Source: Pseudomonadota bacterium (lineage in GTDB: Bacteria > Myxococcota_A > UBA9042 > GCA-2863065). Taken from it: 64,000 nucleotides of DNA. The first letter of the stretch is position 1, and every line of letters begins with the position of its first letter. The notes below the pieces were generated by a model. The model ran no database searches. It saw only the letters and a list, made by a program, of their open reading frames with translations, and was not told the DNA's origin. Position numbers and translations under genes: made by a program. This document shows positions 55,155 to 62,525 of this stretch, one piece after another. The stretch lies in NCBI GenBank assembly GCA_005776725.1, contig SXOO01000062.1, positions 358-64,357 on the forward strand. Direction: 5' to 3'.

Positions 55155-56659
55155 TCCCTGCTCGCTCCCAAGCGACGGAGCTCGCCGCGATCGATCTTCC
55201 CGAGGTGGGTCCGAGAGAACGCGTGTACCACGATGACCTCGCGCGGGACCTTGTAGGCCTGAAGGCGCGCGCGCAGGTAGGTGCCAAGTCGCGTCGGCAG
55301 CTCGGCGGCGTCGTAGCCGGGCGCCGGCAGCACGTAGGCACAGAGCCGCGTGAGCCCGTGCGCGTCCGCTACGCCCACCACCGCGCACTCGTGGACCGCG
55401 ACGTGTTCGGAGAGGCAGCTCTCCACGTCGCGCGGCGCGACCCACTTGCCGCTCACCTTCAGCATGTCGTCGCCGCGACCGCAGTAGGTGAAGACGCCGT
55501 CGGCGTCGCGCCGAACCATGTCACCGGACACGTACCACTCGCCCTGGAACGCGCGCGCCGTGGCCTCGAGCGCGCGGACGTAGCCGAGCGCTCGCGACCG
55601 GCCACGCACCCACAACCACCCAGTGTCGCCGTCGGGCAAGGGGCGCCCCTCGTCGTCGCGCACCTCCACCTCGAAGCCGGGGACCGGCCTCCCGAGCGTA
55701 CCGGGGCGAACCTGGCCCGGCCGGTTCGTGAGGAAGACGTGCCACATCTCGGCGGTGCCGAGGCCGTCGAGGAGCTCCACGCCGAACTGCTCGCGGAACG
55801 CCACGAAGAGCGCCTCGGGCAGCGCCTCGCCCGCGGAGGTTGAGAGCCGCACGCTGGAGAGATCCGCGTGCGGCGCGTCGCGCAGCAGCTTCCCCACGAA
55901 GGTCGGCACGTTGACCAGCACGGTCGGGCGGTGGCGCGCGACCAGCCCGGCGACGCGCTCGGGAGTGCACCGGTCGGGGAAGAGCACCGCGCGCGCCCCC
56001 ACGGAGAATGGGAACAGCAGGTTCATGCCCGTCGCGTAGCCGAAGTAGAGCTTCGGGACGCTGAGGGTCACGTCGTCCGGGCCGTACCCATAGACACCGT
56101 GGGCGGTGAGGACCGTGGTGTTCACGAAGGCGCCGTGGCTCTGGGCGACGGCCTTTGGCCGTCCCGTGGTGCCGCCCGAGAACAGCCAGATCGCGCCGTC
56201 GTCGCGGTGGGTGTTGGCCCGCGGCGGGCAGGCGTGGTCGCCCAACGGCCCCAGGATCGTCGCACGGCCTGTGAGCCGCTCTTCCACGCGCGGCGCCGCC
56301 ACGACCATCCGGATCCCGGTGTAGTCGACGAGGCCAAGGAGCTCGTCTCCGTCGAGGTCGGGGTTCAGCAGCACCACGACGGCCCCGAGGTGCAGGATGC
56401 CGAAGAAGGCGCCCACCCAGTCCGCGCCGTCGTCGAGCGCAATCCCGACCCGCTCCTCGGGGCGTACGCCGGCCGCGTGGAGAGCCGCTGCGTAGCGATG
56501 CGCCAGCGCGAGGACCTCGGCGTAGGTGACGTTCCGCACCTCGCCATCGGGGGAGTCGATGGTCAGCGCCACCCGGGCGCCGCGCCCCTCGGCGAGCCGC
56601 CGCTCGAGGAAGTACTCGACGAGGTTGAGGTGGTCGGGGAGGTCCACTTCGGGCGTCAC
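55151..56659 (-). CDS. Benzoate/aryl-carboxylate--CoA ligase family protein
   Basis: GTG at 56659 (VTPEVDLPDHLNLVEYFLERR), with GAGGAG ~10 nt upstream. AMP-binding motifs: LFSGGTTGRPKAV, DGLGTAEM, WYVSGD, GRGDDMLKVSGKWV, and C-terminal GKIDRGELRR. Confidence 0.8.
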   Translation of the reverse strand: MTPEVDLPDHLNLVEYFLERRLAEGRGARVALTIDSPDGEVRNVTYAEVLALAHRYAAALHAAGVRPEERVGIALDDGADWVGAFFGILHLGAVVVLLNPDLDGDELLGLVDYTGIRMVVAAPRVEERLTGRATILGPLGDHACPPRANTHRDDGAIWLFSGGTTGRPKAVAQSHGAFVNTTVLTAHGVYGYGPDDVTLSVPKLYFGYATGMNLLFPFSVGARAVLFPDRCTPERVAGLVARHRPTVLVNVPTFVGKLLRDAPHADLSSVRLSTSAGEALPEALFVAFREQFGVELLDGLGTAEMWHVFLTNRPGQVRPGTLGRPVPGFEVEVRDDEGRPLPDGDTGWLWVRGRSRALGYVRALEATARAFQGEWYVSGDMVRRDADGVFTYCGRGDDMLKVSGKWVAPRDVESCLSEHVAVHECAVVGVADAHGLTRLCAYVLPAPGYDAAELPTRLGTYLRARLQAYKVPREVIVVHAFSRTHLGKIDRGELRRLGASRE

Positions 56660-56834
56660 GGGATTCGCTCCTCGAGAGGGGTGTGGGCGCGAGCGCGCCG
56701 GCCGTGGGCACGTCGTCTCAAAAGGGGCGCCGGAGCGCAAGCCCCGTCTGGGCGGCGACCGTCAGACCTCGGAGCGACTCGCTCACGCTCGGTACTTCCG
56801 TATTGGGGCCCCCTCGGCGCCCCTGCCGGACGGG

Positions 56835-57251
56835 CTACGCGCCCGCAGTCATGAAGCCGGTCGCGCGGGCGGCAGTAGCCAACTGGGCATCGTGGGTCGC
56901 AAGAACCGGCGCCTCGAGGCGCCCCTCGCGCCAGAGGGTGGCCGTAGCGAGGTGGATGGCGTCGAGCGTGCCCAGCGGTGTTGGGAACGGGTCCGCGGCC
57001 CGACGAAGCACGGCGGGGGACACGTCAACCCGATCCATGCGCTCCAGCAGCCGCAGCACCAGCCCGCGGCGGTCCGCCAGCTCCTCCGCGTCGAGAAGCC
57101 CGAGACGCAGACGCCGGTCCAGCGTACGGAGGCACTCGACCTCCGTGAGCGCGCTCGTGACCGCCTTCTGAATTGACGCCCACTCCGGCAGACGGTCGGC
57201 TTGGGACAGCGCCACCCGAAGGAGGACAGAGGAATCGACGTACGCGATCAA
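56835..57251 (-). CDS. vapC: PIN-domain ribonuclease toxin (VapC-like)
   Basis: 138 aa. MIAYVDSSVLL carries the first acidic residue, followed by TSALTEVEC, TLDAIHLATA and LATHDAQL, in the arrangement typical of PIN domains. The TTG start overlaps the antitoxin stop (TTGA at 57248..57251). Confidence 0.8.
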   Translation of the reverse strand: MIAYVDSSVLLRVALSQADRLPEWASIQKAVTSALTEVECLRTLDRRLRLGLLDAEELADRRGLVLRLLERMDRVDVSPAVLRRAADPFPTPLGTLDAIHLATATLWREGRLEAPVLATHDAQLATAARATGFMTAGA

Positions 57252-57508
57252 AACCGGTCGCTGCGCTCGTCGCGGAGCTGTTCGAGGACGTCGACGGACG
57301 ATCGGCTGGGCCCGAGAAGTGCAACCTCGTGAAGCGCCCCCTTCGCCGGACGGATGACGAGCTCGAGCCCGACGGCCCCTACCGGAACAATGCGCGCGAT
57401 AGGCTCTCGGCGGTCGAGTACGACGATCGTCTCCCCGCGCCGAACGGCCTGGAGATGCTCGCTGAGGTGGGCTTTTAGATCGGCAGTGCCTACGGAGGTC
57501 ATGACCAT
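57248..57508 (-). CDS. Phd/YefM-type antitoxin
   Basis: 86 aa. VGTADLKAHLSEHLQAVRRGETIVVLDRREPIARIVP matches the prevent-host-death/YefM N-terminal fold pattern. It lies directly upstream of, and coupled to, the PIN gene. Confidence 0.75.
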   Translation of the reverse strand: MVMTSVGTADLKAHLSEHLQAVRRGETIVVLDRREPIARIVPVGAVGLELVIRPAKGALHEVALLGPSRSSVDVLEQLRDERSDRF

Positions 57509-57512
57509 ATGC

Positions 57513-57528
57513 TAGTCATGCATGACTA
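57513..57528. promoter_or_regulatory. Perfect 16-bp palindrome, probable toxin-antitoxin operator
   Basis: TAGTCATGCATGACTA read directly from the sequence. It starts 5 nt upstream of the antitoxin ATG (57508, minus), in a locally AT-rich patch of an otherwise GC-rich window. Type II antitoxins typically autoregulate through palindromic operators. Confidence 0.5.
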
Positions 57529-57641
57529 TCTGATCAAACGCCGTCGAAGCTGATTCCCCCCGACTGCGGGGGCCCGCGCAAGAGCCGGCGCGTCGGAGTA
57601 GACTCGGGCGGCCCCCCGAACCGAGGGCCCAGGAGTTTGCC

Positions 57642-59378
57642 ATGCGCCTTTTCGGGCCCCGCGCGGCTCGCCCAGCCCGCCTCGCGCTCCTCGTCGTCGC
57701 AGGGGCCTTGTGGACCGCCGCCTGCGGTGACGCGGCCAGCGACCCCGCGGCCCAGCCGGTCGACGCCGCCGTAGCTGACGGGGCCGACTCAGCGGGCGGC
57801 GGCACGCCCGCCGACGCGACGACGGGGCCTGGCCGAGCCGACGCGAGCACCCACAACGACGCCCTCAGCGGGGTCGACACTCTCGCCGCACCCGATGACA
57901 GCGGCGGCGTTGCCGACTCGGGACCCGACCTCGACACCTCGAACGCCAACGAGGACGCGCCCTCGCCACCCGACGCCTCCACCGAGCCCCCGCCCGACGC
58001 CCCGGAGGTGAGCGACGCGCCCTCCCCGCCCGACGCCTCCACGGAGCCCCAGCCGGACGCCGTCGCGTGCCCGGCGTCCTGCGACGACGCGCTCGACTGC
58101 ACGGTGGACAGCTGCGACGCGAACACGGGGACGTGCGTCCACGACTCCGCGGCGTGCCCCAAGGACCCCCTCGCGGTCTTCGGCAGCCGCTACTGGACCG
58201 TATACCGCCCGCACTTCCTCTCGGACTTCTACGAGGCGGGGCGCGTGACTGATCGCGTGACTGCCGGCGTACGCATGTTCGGCGACACGAACATCTTCAT
58301 GGGTTACGCGCTCTCCACCTTCGTCTACGAGTACCGCGCCGCGCACCTCCCCGAGTCGCTCGCCCTGGTGCACGAGATCCTCGACGCCTACGCCGCCCTC
58401 GACGCGCTCCCCGCCAACGCGACCTTCGGCTACCTCATCGACGACCCGCTGGACGGGTACGTCTACCGGAGCGACCGCGGCCCCGACTACGAGACCAACA
58501 ACTGCCTGTTGCTGAGCGGGTTCTGCCTACCGCAGCTGGCCACGCGCAACAACGAGCCCTCCGGCGACCAGCTCCTGGGCACGCTCCGAGCGCTGAAGGA
58601 CGTGGTGGACTTCCCTGGGCCGCTGGTCCACGGCGGCGTCGACCTGAAGAGCCTGGCACGCGCCCACGCGCACCGGATCGGCGTCTACCTGCGCGAGAGC
58701 GCGTTCGTCATGCATAACCGCTTCGGCCAGCCGGTGAAGCGCGGCGAGGACCAGCGGTGGGCCTCATGGGCGTTCCAGCGCGGCGTGGCGGCGGTAACGG
58801 GCAACCCCAAGAGCGACTACGAGGCGACATGGTCACTGGGGATCCTCCCGGTGGCGCCCGCGCAGCAGCGGGCGATCAGCCACCTGTTCATCCGGGGGGC
58901 CGTGACGTTCACTGCGTCGTGCGTAGCCGGCGCCCAGATCGACGTGGGCCCGCTGCTCGGTATCCCGTTCACGCTCGACCTCGAGTGCAACGAGTTCAAC
59001 ATCGGCCTCGGCGGCGACTCGGCAGTGATCAGCCTCTCGCCCGACCCGGCCAGCGAGGACTGGTTCTCCAAGGTAGTGCAGCGCGCCGACCTGGTGGCGG
59101 AGGGCAGCGCGCTCTACGCCCTCTACGCCCGGCTGCACTTCAACGACGACGCGCCGGAGCTGCTGGACACCGCGGCGCGCTTCCTCGCGGCCCCTTCCAC
59201 GCCACCCACGGGCACGAACCTCGACCCCAACGGCTGGTGCGTTTCGTGGCGGTGGGCTCACGACTACGACAACCCCAACCGCTGCATCGAGGAGCCCCAC
59301 CTCGGCGAGGTCTACAGCGGACTCGACTACATGCTGCCCCGGGCCTTTGCGTCTGCTTTCGGCATCCTCCCGGAGTAG
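57642..59378 (+). CDS. Lipoprotein with acidic/Pro-rich repeat linker, one Cys-rich module and ~400-aa domain of unknown function
   Basis: Lipobox ALWTAAC. The linker contains a duplicated DAPSPPDASTEP.PDA unit. One module reads CPASCDDALDCTVDSCDANTGTCVHDSAAC. I recognise no family for the remainder. Confidence 0.7.
   Translation: MRLFGPRAARPARLALLVVAGALWTAACGDAASDPAAQPVDAAVADGADSAGGGTPADATTGPGRADASTHNDALSGVDTLAAPDDSGGVADSGPDLDTSNANEDAPSPPDASTEPPPDAPEVSDAPSPPDASTEPQPDAVACPASCDDALDCTVDSCDANTGTCVHDSAACPKDPLAVFGSRYWTVYRPHFLSDFYEAGRVTDRVTAGVRMFGDTNIFMGYALSTFVYEYRAAHLPESLALVHEILDAYAALDALPANATFGYLIDDPLDGYVYRSDRGPDYETNNCLLLSGFCLPQLATRNNEPSGDQLLGTLRALKDVVDFPGPLVHGGVDLKSLARAHAHRIGVYLRESAFVMHNRFGQPVKRGEDQRWASWAFQRGVAAVTGNPKSDYEATWSLGILPVAPAQQRAISHLFIRGAVTFTASCVAGAQIDVGPLLGIPFTLDLECNEFNIGLGGDSAVISLSPDPASEDWFSKVVQRADLVAEGSALYALYARLHFNDDAPELLDTAARFLAAPSTPPTGTNLDPNGWCVSWRWAHDYDNPNRCIEEPHLGEVYSGLDYMLPRAFASAFGILPE
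57954..58061 (+). repeat. 60-bp tandem duplication (about 1.8 copies) inside the lipoprotein linker
   Basis: gacgcgccctcgccacccgacgcctccaccgagccc... repeats at 58014 as gacgcgccctccccgcccgacgcctccacggagccc..., read directly from the sequence. Confidence 0.8.
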
Positions 59379-59401
59379 ACCCGGGGGAGAGTCTGGGTCA
59401 C

Positions 59402-61009
59402 TCAGAGCCCCAGGGCTGCCTTGATCGCCGGCTCAACCTCGGAGGCCTGACTCGCGTAGCGCTTCAGGTAGGTGATCTTGCCGCCCGCCTTGAGCACCAC
59501 GTTCTGCTCGTTCGCACCCGCGAAGGCGAAGTGGGCCTTGAGGGCCTGCGTGGGATCGTAGAGCACGGGGATCGTGAGGTTGTACTTGGTGCGGATCTGC
59601 TTGCAGAGGGTTGAGGTGGCAGGCCCGCCCGAGCCCTCTTCGATCACGAGGATCGAGGTGAGACCAGCGGCTGCGTAGAGGTCCTGACGTTGTTGGATCA
59701 CCGAACCGGCGACCTGCTTGCAGCCACTTCACCAGTCCGCATATCCGAACAGGTACGCCGCTTTGGACGCGCAGAGGTCGTGAAGGCTCACCGAGTTGCC
59801 ATCGCAATCTTTCAGTGTGAGGTCAGCGACCGTCGCGCCTACCGTGGTCCCGTAAGGACCTACTGGCGGGCAGGTCACTGCGGTGCTGCAGACACCCGCG
59901 GAGCAGGCCTGGCCGGCGCCGCAGGTACCGCAGGTGCCGCCGCAGCCATCGTCGCCGCACACCGCATCCCCGCACGACGGATCGCACTTGCAGGCCCCCC
60001 CTTCGCACGAGAAGCCCGCCGAACACGCGCCGCAGGTGCCGCCGCAGCCGTCGTCGCCGCAGGACTTCCCGTCGCACGCGGTGATGCACTCGCAGGTCCC
60101 GGCTTCGCATGAGAAGCCCGCCGAGCAAGCGCCGCAGGTGCCGCCGCAGCCGTCGTCGCCGCAGGACTTCCCGTCGCACGAGGCCACGCACTCGCAGGCT
60201 CCCGCGTCGCACGAGAAACCCGCCGAACACGTGCCGCATACGCCACCGCAGCCGTCGTCCCCGCAGGACTTCCCTTCGCATGACGGGACACACTGGCAGG
60301 CCCCGCCGACGCAGGCCTCCCCCTCGCCGCACCCCCCGCAGCTCCCCCCGCAGCCGTCGGCGCCACAGGGCTTGGCCACGCAGGACGCGGTGCACGACGC
60401 CACGCACTGCCCGCTGGCGCAGAACTGCGACGCGTCGCACTCGCCACAAGAGCTGCCGCAGCCACCGTCACCGCACACCTTGTCACCGCACTGGGCGGTG
60501 CAGACACACTCCCCGCTCTCGCAGGTGCTCGGGCTCGCGCAGGAGCCGCAGGTGCCACCACAGCCGTCGTCACCGCAGTCGACGCCCCCGCAGCTGGGCA
60601 CGCAGAGGCACTGCCCGCCGGCACAAGCGGTGCCAGCGGAGCACGTCCCGCAGGAGCCGCCGCAGCCATCATCGCCACAAGCGCTGCCGGCGCAGGAAGG
60701 CACGCAGCTCGGCACGTCCGGTGCCCCGCCCGTGTCTGCCGGGCCGATGTCTGCCGGGCCGGTGTCTGTTGGGCCGGTGTCTGCCGGGGCTCGGTCAACC
60801 ACGTCGTCCTCAGGGAGCGGCGCCGCCACGTCCTCGACGGGAGACTCTGCAGCGTCGTTGGCGACACCCCCGGAGTCTTCGTCGGAGAGCACAGCGTCCG
60901 CGGCGCCCGCCACGTCCGGTGGGTCTGAGGTCGCGTCGGGCGCGGCCTCGGTCCCGCCAGACTGCGCGGTGCAGCCCAGAGCAAGGAGAATGAGGAGGAG
61001 TCGTTGCAT
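59402..61009 (-). CDS. Cys-rich-module lipoprotein with C-terminal TlpA/thioredoxin-like domain; in-frame TGA at 59729..59731 at the first Cys position of WCxxC (candidate selenocysteine, otherwise a pseudogene)
   Basis: Track ORFs 59729..61009 and 59402..59701 are in the same frame, separated only by one TGA. Read-through gives ...SVSLHDLCASKAAYLFGYADW-[TGA]-SGCKQVAGSVIQQRQDLYAAAGLTSILVIEEG...IPVLYDP...NVVLKAGGKITY..., a continuous TlpA/ResA-like thioredoxin fold with the TGA exactly where WC(x)xC has its first Cys. Lipobox LLALGC at the N-terminus. Confidence 0.55.
59696..59714 (-). promoter_or_regulatory. SECIS-like stem-loop downstream of the in-frame UGA
   Basis: mRNA sequence: UGA AGUGGCUGCAAGCA GGUCGCCG-GUU-CGGUGAUC. 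The stem pairs G18-C36, G19-U35, U20-A34, C21-G33, G22-U32, C23-G31, C24-G30 and G25-C29 (numbered from the U of UGA). The apical GGUUC/GUU loop contains G-U. The stem begins 14 nt after the UGA, comparable to the position of bacterial SECIS elements. Confidence 0.45.
59880..60710 (-). repeat. Eight tandem ~34-codon Cys-rich modules (C-x-x-x-C-G-D-D-G-C-G-G-x-C-G-x-C-x-x-G-x-x-C-x-x-G-x-C-x-C)
   Basis: Read from the translation: PSCAGSACGDDGCGGSCGTCSAGTACAGGQCLCV and seven further copies. The central three (..SCEGKSCGDDGCGGVCGTCSAGFSCDAGACECV / ASCDGKSCGDDGCGGTCGACSAGFSCEAGTCECI / TACDGKSCGDDGCGGTCGACSAGFSCEGGACKCD) are also near-identical at the DNA level, with a ~102-nt period around 59990..60300. 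Coordinates of the array are approximate. Confidence 0.8.
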
Positions 61010-61144
61010 CGCCGGTCTTACTCCCCAGCGAGCGACGGGTTACGCCGAGGCGCGCGAGAAATTCACCGAAGCGCGAGAGCGCGGAGGTGAACCGGGCCGG
61101 GAGCTCTGCTGCCCCTGCCCCAACCTGAATCCTAAAGAGGTGCA

Positions 61145-61168
61145 CGCAGCCGCACCTGGCCGGCTGCG
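61145..61168 (-). terminator. Possible intrinsic terminator after the G1PDH-like gene
   Basis: cgcagccg-cacctggc-cggctgcg: a perfect 8-bp GC-rich stem with an 8-nt loop, 14 nt downstream of the stop at 61182 on the minus strand. It is followed on that strand by ugcaccucuuuagg (a weak U-tract). Confidence 0.4.
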
Positions 61169-61181
61169 CGTGTGCCAGCGG

Positions 61182-62525
61182 TTACAGCCAGCCGAGATCA
61201 GCGGCCAGATCGAACACGGTGAATCGGGCCCGGATGTCCCGCGCGATTGCCCATGTCTCCAGGCCCCCCGCGAGCTCCGGAGCGAGCTGCTCGGGGCGCG
61301 TCAGGCCTCCGGCGGCGTCGAGCGCGGCGCGGATGGCGCCAAGGGGCAACAGGGCTGAGGTCACCGCTGCCACGATCGCCTCGCGACGAGCCACGACCGC
61401 CTCGAGCCGGGCGCGTAGCGCGTCCGCGGGCAACCACTTCTTCAGCGCTTCGGCCACGACGGCCTCGCGCACCGCCACAGGCAGGCGATCGTGGCGCGCC
61501 CGGACACGCTCGGCGAGGGCCTCGCGGCTCGGAGCTGCCGCGGCGACCCGGGCCTCCACGTCGATCAGGGGCTGTCCCGCCACGCGACCGTGCGCGGACA
61601 AGGCTCCGGCGACCCGGTGGTGTAGGGCCTCGACCAGACAACAAGCGATCCCGACCTGCGTCCCGTGCAGTCCGTAGAGCTCCCGGCCGGTGGCGTAGCA
61701 CATCATGTCCCAGTAGTGGCTGATGAGGTGCTCGGCGCCGCTGGCGGGGCTGGAGGCGCCCGCGACCGACATGGAGAGGCCCGACAACAGCACCGCCTCC
61801 CCCAAGGCCCGCAGCGCCTCGGGCTCTGCGCGCCCAATGGCCGGGGCGGCGTCGACCATGCGCTCGAAGGCGCCGGTGAGGAGCCCACCCGGCTCAGGGA
61901 ACCAGTCCTCGCCCGTGACGTGGTGCGCGAGGCGCCAGTCGGCCTCGCTGAACGGCTTGGAGAGCATGTCGCCGAGCCCAGCCAAGGTGAGTGAGCGCGG
62001 AGCGGCGGCGCAGACATCGAGGTCGAGGATCACGCCGATCGGCGGCCGGATCGGCAACGTGCGCTTCACGCCATCGACGAGGAGGGCGGAGATCGCGCTG
62101 GTGTAGCCGTTCATGCTGAGGGCGGTGCCCACGGCGAGCTGCGCCTTTCCCTGGCTTGACGCAGCGGACTTCGCGATGTCCGTGAGGGTTCCGGAGCCCA
62201 CTGAGACCACCGCGTCGCAGGCGGCAAGTCGCTCGGCCGTCTCCTCGACGGCCGGCGGAGCGGCCACCGGGTGATGCCCGAAGACCTGCGCGACCACCTC
62301 GAAGCCCGCGGCCGCGAGGCGCTCCCGAGTCTCGGCGCCCGCGACGGGATCCGTGTCGCTGTCCGAGACGACGAGGAGGCGCCGCCCGAGGCCCAGGGCG
62401 AGCGCGGCGTCACCCACCCCGCGCAGCGCGCCGCGCTCCACCGCGGCGAGCCGAGTGTCGATAGCGGCCACGCGCCCGTTGGCGCAGCGGACCTCGGATC
62501 CGAGGAGACGCGCGAGCTCTGTCAC
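61182..62525 (-). CDS. Iron-containing alcohol dehydrogenase superfamily protein, sn-glycerol-1-phosphate dehydrogenase (EgsA/AraM)-like
   Basis: 447 aa; the GTG start overlaps the upstream stop (GTGA at 62522..62525). Motifs: VVSVGSGTLTDIAKSAA (GGGxxxDxxK-like), ALSMNGYTS, ILDLDV, SGAEHLISHYWD, LHGTQVGI, and a C-terminal ARDIRARFTVFDLAADLG that resembles the G1PDH-type ..R.RYT.LDL.. tail. Confidence 0.55.
   Translation of the reverse strand: MTELARLLGSEVRCANGRVAAIDTRLAAVERGALRGVGDAALALGLGRRLLVVSDSDTDPVAGAETRERLAAAGFEVVAQVFGHHPVAAPPAVEETAERLAACDAVVSVGSGTLTDIAKSAASSQGKAQLAVGTALSMNGYTSAISALLVDGVKRTLPIRPPIGVILDLDVCAAAPRSLTLAGLGDMLSKPFSEADWRLAHHVTGEDWFPEPGGLLTGAFERMVDAAPAIGRAEPEALRALGEAVLLSGLSMSVAGASSPASGAEHLISHYWDMMCYATGRELYGLHGTQVGIACCLVEALHHRVAGALSAHGRVAGQPLIDVEARVAAAAPSREALAERVRARHDRLPVAVREAVVAEALKKWLPADALRARLEAVVARREAIVAAVTSALLPLGAIRAALDAAGGLTRPEQLAPELAGGLETWAIARDIRARFTVFDLAADLGWL

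Noticed and set aside
59402-61009. Treating 59729..61009 and 59402..59701 as two independent genes
   Set aside because: They share the same frame and are separated by one TGA. The split falls in the middle of a single thioredoxin fold, between strand beta1 and the CxxC helix. The downstream piece has no RBS or signal of its own. The choice is therefore a selenoprotein or a pseudogene, not two genes.
59883-61358. 491-aa plus-strand P/S/Q-rich ORF (and 60109..60993 plus)
   Set aside because: It is the antisense reading of the tandem Cys-module array. Its periodicity simply mirrors the minus-strand repeats, and it extends across the minus-strand promoter region.
50677-62525. Linking the B12 radical SAM/flippase-like pair and the distant G1PDH-like gene into one ether- or archaeal-type lipid pathway
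   Set aside because: The genes are ~9 kb apart on opposite strands, with unrelated genes (the aryl-CoA operon, the TA pair, lipoproteins) between them. No prenyl or ether-lipid synthase is visible. I keep them as separate observations.
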